64,000 nucleotides of DNA from assembly GCA_034670305.1 (NCBI GenBank), contig JAXMNT010000001.1, positions 64,001 to 128,000 of the forward strand. The letters are read 5' to 3'. The stretch is from Deltaproteobacteria bacterium (GTDB lineage Bacteria > Myxococcota_A > Polyangia > Polyangiales > Houyiibacteriaceae). A program made the translations under genes and the position numbers. The notes beneath the pieces are model-generated. The model searched no databases. It saw nothing but the letters and a program-made list of their open reading frames with translations, and was not told the origin of the DNA. This document shows positions 18,946 to 29,178 of the stretch, piece after piece; the first letter of the stretch is position 1; each line of letters starts with the position of its first letter.

Positions 18946-20568
18946 ATGTTTCATGGCGGAAGAATCGTAGCGCGGGCGATCAAAGCAGAGGGCGTGGACC
19001 ATGTGTTCACCCTCTGTGGTGGACACATCCAGAACATCTACGACGGCTGTCTCGACGAAGGCGTCCGGGTCGTCGACGTTCGCCACGAACAGACGGCGGG
19101 CCACGCGGCCGACGGATGGGCCCGCGTGACGGGGCAGCCTGGGGTGGCGCTCGTGACGGCCGGTCCGGGCGTGACCGACGTCGTGACGGCGGTGGCCAAC
19201 GCGCAGCGCGCGGGGGTGCCGATGGTGGTGATCGGCGGGGCAGGCCCGACGGTGAACAAACACCAGGGCAGCCTCCAGGACATGGACCACGTCGAGCTCA
19301 TGCGGCCGATCACCAAGTGGTCGGCGGCGGTGACCGAGACCCGGCGGCTCGGCGAGTTCATGGAGATGGCGTTTCGACACGCGACCACGGGGGTGCCGGG
19401 CCCGGTGTTTCTCGAGATGCCGCTCGACGTCCTGATGATGGGCGCGAAGGAAGGCGAAGCGGGCGCGCCGGCGAGTTACCGCGCGCAGTACACGGCCGCA
19501 CCGGATCCCCGCGCGGTGGCGGCGGCGGCGGAAATCCTGGAGACCTCCGAGCGCCCGGTGTTCGTGGTCGGAAGTCAGCTGCGTTGGTCGTCCGATCGGG
19601 ACGCGCTGCGGCAGTTTCTGACCCACTTCGAGCTCCCGACCTTCGTCAACGGCATGGCGCGCGGTTCGGTGCCGCTCGACAGCGCCTGCTTCTTCAAACG
19701 GAGCCGCAGCTGGGCGCTCAAGAAGGCCGACGCGGTTTTCATCTTCGGCACCCCGTTCGACTTTCGGCTCAAGTACGGACACGCGATCCCCAAGGGCGTG
19801 AAGATCGTCCAGGTCGACCTCGATTCGACCGTGCTCGGGCACAACCGGGGCATCGACGTCGGCGTGCCGGCCGACAGCGGCCAGTTCATCGCGGCGCTCG
19901 AAGCCAGCGTGAAGCCCCGGAAGGGCGGGGACTGGCTGGCGGAGGTGCAGGTCGAAGAAGACAAGAAGCTCGAAGCGATGGCGGTCGAGATGCGGGCGGA
20001 CGGTGATCCGCCCAACCCGCTGCGGGTCTGCGCCGAAGTCGCCAAGTACGTCGAAGAGGACACGATCGTGGTCGGCGACGGGGGCGACTTCGTGGCGACG
20101 GCGGCCTACACCCTGCCAGTGCAGTGGCCGGGCGTCTGGATGGACCCGGGACCGCTCGGCACACTGGGGGTCGGCCCGGGCTACGCGATGGCGGCGAAAC
20201 TCGCGCGGCCCAACAGCCGGGTCATCCTCATGTACGGGGACGGGTCGTTCGGGCTGCACGGGCTCGAGTTCGAGGCCATGGCCCGCCAGGGCATCAAAGT
20301 GGTCGGGGTCATTGGCAACGACGCCGGCTGGACTCAGATTCTTCGGGGCCAACGACAGATCTTCGGCGAAGATCGTTGCGTCGCAACCAAGCTGGAGTAC
20401 ACGCGGTACGACAAGATCGTCGAGGCCTGCGGTGGACGTGGGTTCTGGGCGGAGACAGTCACAGACCTACAATCGGCGTTGAAAGAAGCGTTCGAATGTC
20501 CGGAGCCCGCCGTGGTGAACGTCAAGATTGGCGCGAGCGACTTCCGGAAGAACGCGATCAGCGTCTGA
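18946..20568 (+). CDS. ThDP-dependent enzyme, IlvG/ILVBL (2-hydroxyacyl-CoA lyase-like) subfamily
   Basis: FTLCGGHI, RHE, TAGPGVT, WMDPGPLGTLGVG, GDGSFG...GNDAGW. Confidence 0.88.
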   Translation: MFHGGRIVARAIKAEGVDHVFTLCGGHIQNIYDGCLDEGVRVVDVRHEQTAGHAADGWARVTGQPGVALVTAGPGVTDVVTAVANAQRAGVPMVVIGGAGPTVNKHQGSLQDMDHVELMRPITKWSAAVTETRRLGEFMEMAFRHATTGVPGPVFLEMPLDVLMMGAKEGEAGAPASYRAQYTAAPDPRAVAAAAEILETSERPVFVVGSQLRWSSDRDALRQFLTHFELPTFVNGMARGSVPLDSACFFKRSRSWALKKADAVFIFGTPFDFRLKYGHAIPKGVKIVQVDLDSTVLGHNRGIDVGVPADSGQFIAALEASVKPRKGGDWLAEVQVEEDKKLEAMAVEMRADGDPPNPLRVCAEVAKYVEEDTIVVGDGGDFVATAAYTLPVQWPGVWMDPGPLGTLGVGPGYAMAAKLARPNSRVILMYGDGSFGLHGLEFEAMARQGIKVVGVIGNDAGWTQILRGQRQIFGEDRCVATKLEYTRYDKIVEACGGRGFWAETVTDLQSALKEAFECPEPAVVNVKIGASDFRKNAISV

Positions 20569-20578
20569 GGCGACCCCT

Positions 20579-22267
20579 TTGAACGACACGGACGAAGAGC
20601 ACGGCGACGGGCCGGACGAGACGACAGAACCGAGCGCTGCCGAAGGCAGTGGCAAGGACACGTCCGCCGAGGACGAGTCCCGGGCCGCGGCCGACGCTGC
20701 TGCGGATGGCGCCTCCCCGGAAGACGGCGCTTCGGGCGCCGAGCCCACCGCATCTCCGAAGCCGCCCGTCGTAGACGCCGCTGCTTCGGACGGGCCTGCG
20801 GCGCCGGCCAAGAAGAAGGGCGGCAGCCGCACGCCCCGGCGCAAGAAGAAGCTGCCGGTGCCGGTCCAGCGCGGTCCCCGGACCGGCCGCGGGCTGGATC
20901 CGGATCTGGTGAAACTGGCCAGCGGCGAGGAGTCGAGGCTCTTCAAGGGGCGCCGCAAGACGCGGGTGCTCAAGGACGACCGCCCCAACGCACTCGTGCC
21001 GGGGGTGGCCAACCGCGCGTCTCGGCGGCTGTACCTTGCGCGGCTCGAAGACCTGAAGGACGCCACCGAAGAGACCATCGGCTTGCTCCTCGCAGAAGCC
21101 ATGTGGCTCGGGCTGTGGCGCGGTCAGAGCCTCACCGGGTTCGAAGCGCTGGTCACCGACGTGCTCGGACGCGAGATGGCGGACGTGGTTCCGTTGGCCC
21201 GCGCGGCGGCGGAGAAGGTCGGGCTTCCGTTCGAGACGCTCGAGAACTTCACCGTGGCGGTGTGGATGCGGGTGGAAGACGCGCTCGTCGATGGGCACCT
21301 TCCGGGACGCATCCACGTCAGTCCGAAGGGGCTGCACCTGCTTCTGGATGTGCAGTCGGCGCCCGAAGCGCTGGTCGAGATGAGCTTCCGGCTGAACGAG
21401 CTCGTGGCGGATCTGCAGGAAGCGAACGAGTTCGAGGCCCGCAAGGACGCGGAGCGGGCAGAGCGCGCAGCGCGGCGCGCGGCGATCGAGGCCGGTGAAG
21501 AGCCGCCCCCGAGCCGGTTCGACAAGAAGCGGGGCGGGTTCAAGGACCGGGACGATCGGGGTGGCAAGCCATTCGACAAGAAGCCGCGGCGGGACGACGA
21601 CCGCGGCCGCGGCCGACCGTTCGAGAAGAAACCATTCGACAAGCGGGACGACCGCGGCGGCAAACCGAAGCGCTTCGACGATCGAGGACCGAAACGAGAC
21701 GACCGAGGGCCGAAACGGTTCGACGACCGTGGCCCGAAGAAGTTCGACGACCGGGGTCCGAAGAAGTTCGACGACCGCCGCGGACCGAAGAAGTTCGACG
21801 ACCGGGGCGGCCCGGGCAAGAAGCGGTTCGACGACCGGGGCGGCCCGGGCAAGAAGCGGTTCGACGACCGGGGCCCGAAGCGGTTCGACGACCGGGACGA
21901 CCGGGGCGGCCCGGGCAAGAAGCGGTTCGACGACCGCGGTCCGAAGAAGTTCGACGACCGAGGCGGCCCGGGCAAGAAGCGGTTCGACGACCGGGGCCCC
22001 AAGAAGTTCGACGACCGGGGTGGACCGAAGAAGCGCTTCGACGACCGGGGTCCGAGCAAGAAGCGGTTCGACGATCGCGGCAAGCCCGGCGACAAACGCG
22101 GCGGCCGACCGGGCGACAAACGCGGCGGCAAACCCTTCGAGAAGAAGAAGCGTTTTGGGGACCGTGGCCCGAGCAAACCAGGCGGTGGCGGTCGTCCCCC
22201 CCGTGGCGACGGTCCCAAGGCACCCAAGAAGGACGAGCACCGGTGGGACGACGGGGACGACGATTGA
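20579..22267 (+). CDS. Hypothetical protein with long KKRFDDRG(G)P repeat tail
   Basis: Long ORF; acidic then basic N-terminus, globular middle, charged repeat C-terminus. Start uncertain (TTG 20579 or 20528). Confidence 0.7.
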   Translation: MNDTDEEHGDGPDETTEPSAAEGSGKDTSAEDESRAAADAAADGASPEDGASGAEPTASPKPPVVDAAASDGPAAPAKKKGGSRTPRRKKKLPVPVQRGPRTGRGLDPDLVKLASGEESRLFKGRRKTRVLKDDRPNALVPGVANRASRRLYLARLEDLKDATEETIGLLLAEAMWLGLWRGQSLTGFEALVTDVLGREMADVVPLARAAAEKVGLPFETLENFTVAVWMRVEDALVDGHLPGRIHVSPKGLHLLLDVQSAPEALVEMSFRLNELVADLQEANEFEARKDAERAERAARRAAIEAGEEPPPSRFDKKRGGFKDRDDRGGKPFDKKPRRDDDRGRGRPFEKKPFDKRDDRGGKPKRFDDRGPKRDDRGPKRFDDRGPKKFDDRGPKKFDDRRGPKKFDDRGGPGKKRFDDRGGPGKKRFDDRGPKRFDDRDDRGGPGKKRFDDRGPKKFDDRGGPGKKRFDDRGPKKFDDRGGPKKRFDDRGPSKKRFDDRGKPGDKRGGRPGDKRGGKPFEKKKRFGDRGPSKPGGGGRPPRGDGPKAPKKDEHRWDDGDDD

Positions 22268-22384
22268 CCCGCCAGGGCAAAAAAGCCCTTGCGGGAGACC
22301 CGATGATCCATAAACCTCCGCCTCCCCCTTGGCCCTCCGCGATCGGAGCGGCTGTTTTCGGGACAGAAAAGCAGTAGAAGAACC

Positions 22385-22693
22385 ATGTACGCAGTCATCA
22401 AGACCGGCGGTAAGCAGTACCGAGTCTCCGAGGGAGACGTCATCCGAGTCGAAAAGCTCGAGGGCGATGTGGGTTCCGACCTGGAACTCGACGAAGTCCT
22501 GATGCTTGGCGGCGAGAAAGTCGCCATCGGCAAGCCCGTCGTGGCCGGCGCCAAAGTCAGCGCGAAGATCATGTCGCAGGGCAAGGCCAAGAAGGTCATC
22601 GTCTTCAAGATGAAGCGACGCAAGGGCTACCGCCGCAAGCGCGGCCACCGTCAGCCGTACACCGAGTTGCGAATCACCGGCGTGAGCGCCTGA
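22385..22693 (+). CDS. rplU: 50S ribosomal protein L21
   Basis: [14 protein letters not shown]...[17 protein letters not shown]. Confidence 0.98.
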   Translation: MYAVIKTGGKQYRVSEGDVIRVEKLEGDVGSDLELDEVLMLGGEKVAIGKPVVAGAKVSAKIMSQGKAKKVIVFKMKRRKGYRRKRGHRQPYTELRITGVSA

Positions 22694-22705
22694 GGAATTT
22701 GAACA

Positions 22706-22975
22706 ATGGCGCATAAAAAGGGACAGGGCTCGACCCGCAACGGCCGTACCTCCAACCCTCAGTACCGTGGCGTGAAGCGTTTCGGTGGTGAGGTCGTGAC
22801 GGCCGGAAGCATTCTCGTTCGCCAGGTGGGTCTGACCTACAAGCCGGGCGCGAACGTGGGCGTCGGCAAGGACTACACGCTGTGGGCGAAGGTCGACGGC
22901 GTGGTGACGTTCGAGCGCCAGGGCAAGCGCGCCAAGCGCGTCGCCGTGTACGCCGTCGAAGACGCCGCCGAATAG
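22706..22975 (+). CDS. rpmA: 50S ribosomal protein L27
   Basis: [14 protein letters not shown]...GVKRFGG...GSILVRQ; GAGG RBS upstream. Confidence 0.98.
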   Translation: MAHKKGQGSTRNGRTSNPQYRGVKRFGGEVVTAGSILVRQVGLTYKPGANVGVGKDYTLWAKVDGVVTFERQGKRAKRVAVYAVEDAAE

Positions 22976-22993
22976 ACCTCTCGAGGTCGAACG

Positions 22994-23022
22994 AGAAGCC
23001 GCGCCGCAAGGTGCGGCTTCTT
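22994..23022 (+). terminator. Probable intrinsic terminator after rpmA
   Basis: AGAAGCCGCGCC-GCAA-GGTGCGGCTTCT hairpin with a short T run. Confidence 0.7.
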
Positions 23023-23043
23023 ACGTTCCGTCGTCTACGCCGA

Positions 23044-23085
23044 AATTAGGGCCGCCAGTCGAGCGAAGCGAGCCAGGCCCGTAGT
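23044..23085 (+). repeat. REP-like ~40-bp palindromic repeat
   Basis: AATTAGGGCCGCCAGTCGAGCGAAGCGAGCCAGGCCCGTAGT; 40/42 identical to 32198-32239. Confidence 0.85.
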
Positions 23086-23096
23086 AGGATAGAAAA

Positions 23097-24563
23097 GTGC
23101 AGCTCAATCTTCCGCTGCCGGAGATCGCCTTTGTCTCGACCGGCGCGCCTCCCGCACCCGAATGCCGTGTGTACTGCAACCGCTCGCTCCGGCTGGACGC
23201 GATCGACTGGGTGGGGTTCGACATGGACTACACCTTGGCGGTCTACGACCAGAAGGAGATGGATCGGCTCAGCATCGCAGCGACGATCCAGAAGCTCGTC
23301 GAGCGCGGGTACCCAGAGGGTTTGACGGCGGCCGCGTTCCGCACCGACTTCCCGATCCGCGGGCTTCTCGTCGATCGCAAGCTCGGCAACGTGCTCAAGA
23401 TGGACCGCTACAAGTACGTCAAACGCGCCTACCACGGGATGCGGGAGATGACGAAAGAGGAGCGGCGCCACTGCTACCACACGCGCCGTTTGAAACCTGC
23501 GAGCGGCCGGTACCACTGGGTCGACACCCTCTACGGGCTCAGCGAGGTCACCGTCTACGCAGCGGTCATCGAGTACCTCGAGATCGAAGGCCGCGTCGTG
23601 GATTTCGAGCGCCTCTTCAACGACGTGCGGGAGTGCATCGATCTGGCGCACCGCGACGGCAGCATCAAGGACGCGATCGCCGCCGACCCGGCCCGGTTCG
23701 TGGATCGAGATCCTCTGCTCGCGGCCACGTTGCATCAGCTGCGTTCGTCCGGGAAGCGGATCTTCCTGCTCACCAACTCGTTCCCGGCCTATTCGGATCG
23801 GCTGATGCGCTACCTGCTCGACGACGCGCTGCCGGCGTACCGGAGCTGGCGCTCGTACTTCGACGTGGTGGTGTGCGGCGCTGGCAAGCCAGGGTTCTTC
23901 ACCGAACGCCGCCCCTTTCAGCGGGAGGTGTCCGGCAAACTCGAGAACGTCGAGCGCCTCGAAACCGGCAAGGTCTACATCGGTGGCAACATCGGTCCGT
24001 TTCAAGCGCTGCTCGACACGACGCCCGACCGGGTCGCGTACATCGGAGATCACATCTACGGGGACGTGCTGCGCGCGAACAAGGATTCGGCCTGGCGCAC
24101 CGTCATGATCATCCAGGAGATGGACCGCGAGCTCGAAGCCCATCGCGAAGTCCTGCACTCGCTCGAGCGGCTCGACCGTCTCGACGAGCAACGGCATCGG
24201 CTGCTCGACGAGCTGGGCGATTTCCAGCACGCGTTGCGCGCGTTGCAGCGTCGCAAAGACCGCGAAGGCCGCCTCTCTCCAGGACTCGAAGCCGATCGTC
24301 AGCGTCACCGCCGTTCGATCGATCGCTTGAAACAGCGCGTGAAGTTGACCGAACGCGAACACGACCAGCTCGAACGAGGCGTGTCGCAGCGCTTCCATCC
24401 CTTCTGGGGTTCGGTCTTCAAGACCGGGCCAGAGGTCTCGCTTTTCGGCCATCAGGTAGAGACCTACTCCGGTCTGTACACGGCTCGAGTCAGCAACTTC
24501 CTCCGCTACAGTCCGCTGCACTACTTCCAGAGTCCGCGCGACCGCATGCCCCACGAACGTTGA
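23097..24563 (+). CDS. HAD-IG family 5'-nucleotidase (cN-II-like)
   Basis: VYCNRSL, GFDMDYT, LLTNS, KPGFF, YIGDHIYGD motifs. Confidence 0.93.
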   Translation: MQLNLPLPEIAFVSTGAPPAPECRVYCNRSLRLDAIDWVGFDMDYTLAVYDQKEMDRLSIAATIQKLVERGYPEGLTAAAFRTDFPIRGLLVDRKLGNVLKMDRYKYVKRAYHGMREMTKEERRHCYHTRRLKPASGRYHWVDTLYGLSEVTVYAAVIEYLEIEGRVVDFERLFNDVRECIDLAHRDGSIKDAIAADPARFVDRDPLLAATLHQLRSSGKRIFLLTNSFPAYSDRLMRYLLDDALPAYRSWRSYFDVVVCGAGKPGFFTERRPFQREVSGKLENVERLETGKVYIGGNIGPFQALLDTTPDRVAYIGDHIYGDVLRANKDSAWRTVMIIQEMDRELEAHREVLHSLERLDRLDEQRHRLLDELGDFQHALRALQRRKDREGRLSPGLEADRQRHRRSIDRLKQRVKLTEREHDQLERGVSQRFHPFWGSVFKTGPEVSLFGHQVETYSGLYTARVSNFLRYSPLHYFQSPRDRMPHER

Positions 24564-24613
24564 CCCGCTGAAACCGCTACCGACCAGGTGGCCTGCCGCG
24601 GTAGATTCCGTCG

Positions 24614-24961
24614 ATGAGCACCGAGCATCGCAAGCACCGACGATTCGACGTGGCCCTCGCCGGTGAACTCACGGTTGGCGGAGAACCCGTGGCTGTCTCC
24701 ACCAGCAACCTCTCCGCGGGCGGGGTGGGTGTGCTCTACGAGCTGGAGCTTCAGGACGGATCCGAAGTCGACGTGACGCTTTTCCTCACCCAGGACGGGA
24801 TCGAAGATCCCGACGTCGAACCCTTTGAGACCACCGGGGTCGTGCGCTGGGTCGCGCCGCGGGACGACGGATTGTTTCTGGTCGGTCTGCAGTTCAAGGG
24901 CCTCGCCGAAAGCCAGCAGCAGCAACTCGAGCACTTCCTCGTCGCCGTCGACGAAGAGTAA
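24614..24961 (+). CDS. Single-domain PilZ protein
   Basis: RKHRR (RxxxR) and NLSAGG (D/NxSxxG) c-di-GMP motifs; GLQF. Confidence 0.85.
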   Translation: MSTEHRKHRRFDVALAGELTVGGEPVAVSTSNLSAGGVGVLYELELQDGSEVDVTLFLTQDGIEDPDVEPFETTGVVRWVAPRDDGLFLVGLQFKGLAESQQQQLEHFLVAVDEE

Positions 24962-24968
24962 CGTCACA

Positions 24969-26516
24969 TCACAGGTGCAGGTGGACCCAGCGGCTCGCGG
25001 GGGCGAGGCGGGTGCGCGCGTATCCGACCAGGCCGCCCACGACGAGCGCGAGCAGAAGAAACGGCCGCGCGTCGGTTCCATCGAGTGCAGCAGGCGTGGC
25101 GTCGAGTCCGAGAAGACCGGCACCGACCACGCCCGCGAACGCGAATGCAGCGGAGGGAATGAAGAACTTGGACTCCGCCTGGATCGCTCGTGACGCGCCG
25201 AGCAGCAGCGCGGTGAGGGTCAGCCCGAGTCCGAGATCGTAGGGGGTGCCGACGCCACCGCCGCCGAACAACATCACCACGACCAGCGCGCTTCCGATCC
25301 AGCTCCGAACCCGTCCCAGCATGCGCAGGCCCGGCCGCCGGGCTGCCGGACCGGTGACGAGGACCAAGGGCGCAGCAGCCACCAGGAGAAGGCTCAGAGG
25401 CGTCCGCACCGCCAACCAATCGCCGACCCCCTCCGACTGAGCGACGAGTGCGCCGGCGGTGTGCGTCGTGCCGAGCAGGAACGCGGCGCCGAACACGATC
25501 AACCAGAGCCCGACCTCCGCACGGAGCGCCTGGAAGAGCGCTCGGAGCGGTTCGTGGCCTTCGAGCGCGGCGGCCAACGAGATCAGCAGGCCCGCGCCAA
25601 GCCAGATCAGGCCATCGATGGGTAGGGCGAGCACCGGCAGCGCGACTGCCGCAGCGAGTGCGTCGCGTCCACGCCAGTGGTGCGGCCTCGGGGAGCGGTT
25701 CGACACGACCGCGGCGACACGTCTGCGAGGACGGGTCCGAAACACCTGGGCGAGCGGACCGAACGACACCGCGAGGCCGAGCAACAACGCAAGGACCCAG
25801 AGCCCCAGGTGGCTCTCGCGGACCGGGGCAGCGAACGAGACTTCCGCGACGAACAGGCGAGCGCGTTCGGGGCGATGAAACCCCACCTCGAACCGGGCGG
25901 CGCTCGGCGAACGCAGATCGGTGAGATCACGGACGTGGACGCCGGCCCAGGTGACGATGCGATCGCCACTGCGCAGCCCGGCGTGTTCGAGCGGCCCGTG
26001 CACCGACTCCACGGCGACGCCTCCTTCGAGCGGAGGATCCGCCGTGAGCACCAGCCCAAGCGTCTCGAGGGCCACCGACGTCGCGTGGTGCACCGCGCGT
26101 CCGGGCCGTTCGGTTGCCGTGTGTCCGACGTCGAGTTCCAGTTCGCGGCGCCCGGTCACGAGACCGCCGAGCGGGCTCGGCAACCGCACCTCCACCGTCC
26201 CTCGGAAGGTGCCGCGGCCACCGAGCGCCTCGATCGCAGCCGCGTCGATCTGCGCGACCAAAGACCCCTCTCGCACTTCGAGCGGGACGTCGACCCGCAC
26301 CGGCAAGACACCAGCGGAGGGACGCCACAAGGTCCCTTCGAAGCGCAGTGTGCCCTCGGTCCCGGAGGGCACGCCGTCCGCCTCGATGGTCAGCTCGGTG
26401 CCTTCGTCGAGCACCGTCGGGGAGACTGCGCCGAGCGTCAGCAACTCGGCACCGTGCGTGTCTCCTGCGCATCCCAGAAGCACACCACACCACGCCAACG
26501 ACGCCACGAGCCGCAC
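24969..26516 (-). CDS. Putative lipoprotein/membrane protein with PDZ-like segment and multi-TM C-terminus
   Basis: LLGC lipobox after GTG 26516; GVAVESVHGPLEHAGLRSGDRIV PDZ-like; several hydrophobic helices. Confidence 0.6.
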   Translation of the reverse strand: MRLVASLAWCGVLLGCAGDTHGAELLTLGAVSPTVLDEGTELTIEADGVPSGTEGTLRFEGTLWRPSAGVLPVRVDVPLEVREGSLVAQIDAAAIEALGGRGTFRGTVEVRLPSPLGGLVTGRRELELDVGHTATERPGRAVHHATSVALETLGLVLTADPPLEGGVAVESVHGPLEHAGLRSGDRIVTWAGVHVRDLTDLRSPSAARFEVGFHRPERARLFVAEVSFAAPVRESHLGLWVLALLLGLAVSFGPLAQVFRTRPRRRVAAVVSNRSPRPHHWRGRDALAAAVALPVLALPIDGLIWLGAGLLISLAAALEGHEPLRALFQALRAEVGLWLIVFGAAFLLGTTHTAGALVAQSEGVGDWLAVRTPLSLLLVAAAPLVLVTGPAARRPGLRMLGRVRSWIGSALVVVMLFGGGGVGTPYDLGLGLTLTALLLGASRAIQAESKFFIPSAAFAFAGVVGAGLLGLDATPAALDGTDARPFLLLALVVGGLVGYARTRLAPASRWVHLHL

Positions 26517-26680
26517 CTTCGGACCCTCGCGTTCTGCGGCGGATGGGTCAACAAAACCGACGGGGCGGAGCGGAGCGAGCCGCGCTTCTGGCGCCGGGTT
26601 GGCGGCCGGGCTCCCAAGAGAACCGACCTGGCAAAGCGGAGCGAGGTTCGGGAAGAAGTGCCCGGCGGCGGGGACCAAAG

Positions 26681-26713
26681 AAAAAGGCGAGAGACCTGAG
26701 TCTCTCGCCTTTT
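26681..26713 (-). terminator. Intrinsic terminator downstream of tRNA-Ala (potentially bidirectional)
   Basis: AAAAGGCGAGAGAC-CTGA-GTCTCTCGCCTTTT perfect hairpin. Confidence 0.85.
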
Positions 26714-26716
26714 CGG

Positions 26717-26789
26717 TGGAGCGACGGGGGATCGAACCCCGGACCTCATCACTGCCAGTGATGCGCTCTCCCAGCTGAGCTACCGCCCC
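26717..26789 (-). tRNA. tRNA-Ala (GGC)
   Basis: GGGGCGGTAGCTCAGCTGGGAGAGCG-CATCA-CTGGCAG-TGATG...GGTTCGATCC...TCGCTCCA; G3:U70 pair; followed by CCG, so CCA is not fully encoded. Confidence 0.97.
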
Positions 26790-26819
26790 GTCTTCTGGAA
26801 GATCCGCCGAAGCGGACCG

Positions 26820-26850
26820 ACGTTCTGTATCCGAGGAAGGGCACTGTCAA
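26820..26850 (-). promoter_or_regulatory. Possible sigma70 promoter for tRNA-Ala
   Basis: Perfect TTGACA at 26850-26845; the -10 element is weak. Confidence 0.4.
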
Positions 26851-26950
26851 GCGCCGAGACCCGTCAAACTGGCCACCAATCGTGTGCCGGCGCCCGCGCT
26901 GCCGCTCGATCCGAGTCCGGATGACCTTTCTCCGGGACGTGCACCGGTTG

Positions 26951-26996
26951 GGGCCGCCAGTCTCGCGAAGCAGGCCGCCAGTCTCGCGAAGCGAGC
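26951..26996 (+). repeat. Two partial tandem copies of the REP-like repeat
   Basis: GGGCCGCCAGTCTCGCGAAGC followed by GGCCGCCAGTCTCGCGAAGCGAGC. Confidence 0.8.
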
Positions 26997-27075
26997 GCAG
27001 TGGCAGTAGAAAAGAAAACGGCCCCGCGGGCGGTTGCTCGCAGGGCCAGTTCTCATCCGAATCCGGGCTGCCGGA

Positions 27076-27957
27076 TCAGGTCTCCGGTTCGGGCTCGCCG
27101 CAGAAGCCCGGAGGCGTCGGGGTCCGCACGCTGCCGCCGTCGTCCGGCTCGAACGCGATGCATTCGTCCGGGTCGGTGCACATGAACGTCTCCGGGTCCG
27201 GCTCGGCACTCGCGTCGCAGAACTCCTGGCAGGACGCGGTCATGTCGCCGTTGTCCGTGCAACGGAGTCCGGGGGCGCACTGGTCGATGAACATGCAGGG
27301 CGAGCCCGACAGGCCGTCTTCGCCCTCGAGCGGGGTCCACTCGAAGCAGTCGCCGACGATGTCGCCGCTCGTCGAACCGAGCACGTAGCAAGCCTCGTCC
27401 GGGGCGCAGCCGGTCTGCTGGACGGGGTCGCAGTTCTCGGCGGTCTGGCAGAAGCCGAACTCGGGTTCGGAGTTCGCGAGCAAGCAGATGCCGTCGGTGC
27501 CACAGTCGGTCACGCCGCTCTCACACATCTGGGTGCAGACCGCGCGGCCCGCGTCGTTGGCGGTGCAGAAGAAGCCCTGGTCGCAGTTGTCGATCTGCGT
27601 CTGGATGCGTCCTTCGACCTCGATGTCCGAGCGGCGGCAGCGCACGCCTTCGTCGGCCCAGGCGGTTCCGTCCACGCACTCGTAGAAGACCTCGAGGAAC
27701 TCGCCGTCCGCGTCGAACTCGATGGCGACCGCGCACTTGGCGTCTGGACCACAGCTGTCCGGGGTGAACGGACTGCACGCCGGGGGCGGTCCTGCATCCG
27801 TGCCGGCGTCCACCGGCGGTGTGAACGCGTCCACGCCCGCATCGGTGCCGCCATCGGACCCACCCGTGTCGCCGCCGCCCGCGTCCACCATCGTCATCGC
27901 GTCGTCGTCGCCACAAGCGAGTCCGAACGCCAAAGCCACAATCATCATCCCACGCAT
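27076..27957 (-). CDS. Cys-rich acidic lipoprotein
   Basis: Lipobox GLAC, DAG linker, CDPVQQTGC and similar Cys modules. Confidence 0.8.
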   Translation of the reverse strand: MRGMMIVALAFGLACGDDDAMTMVDAGGGDTGGSDGGTDAGVDAFTPPVDAGTDAGPPPACSPFTPDSCGPDAKCAVAIEFDADGEFLEVFYECVDGTAWADEGVRCRRSDIEVEGRIQTQIDNCDQGFFCTANDAGRAVCTQMCESGVTDCGTDGICLLANSEPEFGFCQTAENCDPVQQTGCAPDEACYVLGSTSGDIVGDCFEWTPLEGEDGLSGSPCMFIDQCAPGLRCTDNGDMTASCQEFCDASAEPDPETFMCTDPDECIAFEPDDGGSVRTPTPPGFCGEPEPET

Positions 27958-28047
27958 GTCATGTACTCCCCAAAGTCGAGCCGATCTGCCCAGGCTAGCA
28001 GCACCGCCATCGAGGGCAACCACCGCCCCTGTACGCTCCTTGCGCGT

Positions 28048-29178
28048 TCAGCGCACTTCGTGGGGCGGGGCGTGCACGATGCTGACGAAGCGGTCTCCGA
28101 CCCGGACGCCCACCGCGGCGAGCACCCGGCCGCCCTGAGCGCACTGGAAGACCTGCTCGCCTTGAAGCGCGACGGCGACCTCACGTTCGTCCCGCTGAAT
28201 GCCGGTCTTGGACTCGGTGATCACGATGCCCCGAAGCATCAGCGGGGCGGGCATGCCGCGCCCCACCCCGGCGAGCTCGCGCGCGCGACCAAGCCGCTCT
28301 CGACCCACCCGCCAAGCCACGAGCGCGCGACCATTGCCGAGCGGCACGCAGACGCATTCGGCTTCCCCTGGCTCGCCCTCGTCGTCCTCGGTTTCGCCGA
28401 TGGCGGGCAGCCCCGCCTTCTCCCGCACTTGCTGCGCTTCTTGCCGCAGCTCGGTGTCGCCCGGCGTCTCCGCCACGAGCTTCCGGTAGATCGCGGCGGC
28501 GCGGGCGGCGAAGCCTTGCTGCGCCAGGATCCGAGCCATCGTGCGGGTCTGGATCGGTTCGCCGACGAGCGCCTCGATGATGCTGTCGGAAGCGGGCGCT
28601 GGGGCGGGCGCGGAAGCGGAAGCGGAAGCGGAAGCGGAAGCGGAAGCGGAAGCGGAAGCGGAAGCGGAAGCGGAAGCGGAAGCGGAATCCGAAGCCGAGG
28701 CCGATCCCGAAGGCGAATCCGAAGCCGAAGCCGAAGCCGAATCCGAAGCCGAATCCGAAGCCGAATCCGAAGCCGAAGCCGAAGCCGAATCCGAAGCCGA
28801 AGCCGAATCCGAATCCGAAGCCGAAGCCGAAGCCGATGCCGAATCCGATGCCGAATCCGAAGCCGAATCCGAAGCCGAATCCGATGCCGAAGCCGATGCG
28901 GAATCCGATGCCTTCGGCGGGATCGTCTCGAGTTTCGGTGGGGGGGAGGGGGTGGGACGCGGTGGGGGGAGGGCGACGACGCCGGTCAGGGTCTTGGCGA
29001 TGCCGAAGAGGCCGCGGAGGGCTTTGCGGGCGCGGCGGAGAGGGCTGGTTTGGGTGTGGTCGCGGATGCGCTGCTCGACTTGCCACCGTTCCATGCGTTC
29101 GGGACGGCGCACGCCGAGGCGCCGGGCTTCGCGGTCCAGGTCCTGTCGAGCCATCGTTCGCAGTCGCTCTAGATCCAC
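28048..29178 (-). CDS. Hypothetical protein with long Ser/Ala/Asp linker
   Basis: Overlaps ribF stop; helical N-terminus, (SA/SD)n linker, [15 protein letters not shown]-like segment. Start GTG 29178 or ATG 29154. Confidence 0.65.
   Translation of the reverse strand: MDLERLRTMARQDLDREARRLGVRRPERMERWQVEQRIRDHTQTSPLRRARKALRGLFGIAKTLTGVVALPPPRPTPSPPPKLETIPPKASDSASASASDSASDSASDSASDSASASASASDSDSASASDSASASASDSASDSASDSASASASDSPSGSASASDSASASASASASASASASASASASASAPAPAPASDSIIEALVGEPIQTRTMARILAQQGFAARAAAIYRKLVAETPGDTELRQEAQQVREKAGLPAIGETEDDEGEPGEAECVCVPLGNGRALVAWRVGRERLGRARELAGVGRGMPAPLMLRGIVITESKTGIQRDEREVAVALQGEQVFQCAQGGRVLAAVGVRVGDRFVSIVHAPPHEVR
28610..28910. repeat. Hexamer tandem repeat: (GCGGAA)13 then degenerate (GCCGAA/TCCGAA/GCCGAT)n
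   Basis: Read directly; in frame inside the CDS. Confidence 0.95.

Noticed and set aside
22975-23100. obgE absent after rplU-rpmA; xseA/ispA absent next to xseB (44596)
   Set aside because: Ordinary gene-order variation; the genes are probably elsewhere in the genome.
26717-26789. tRNA-Ala as an integration site for a genomic island
   Set aside because: No integrase, no duplicated tRNA 3' end seen, and no visible compositional shift.
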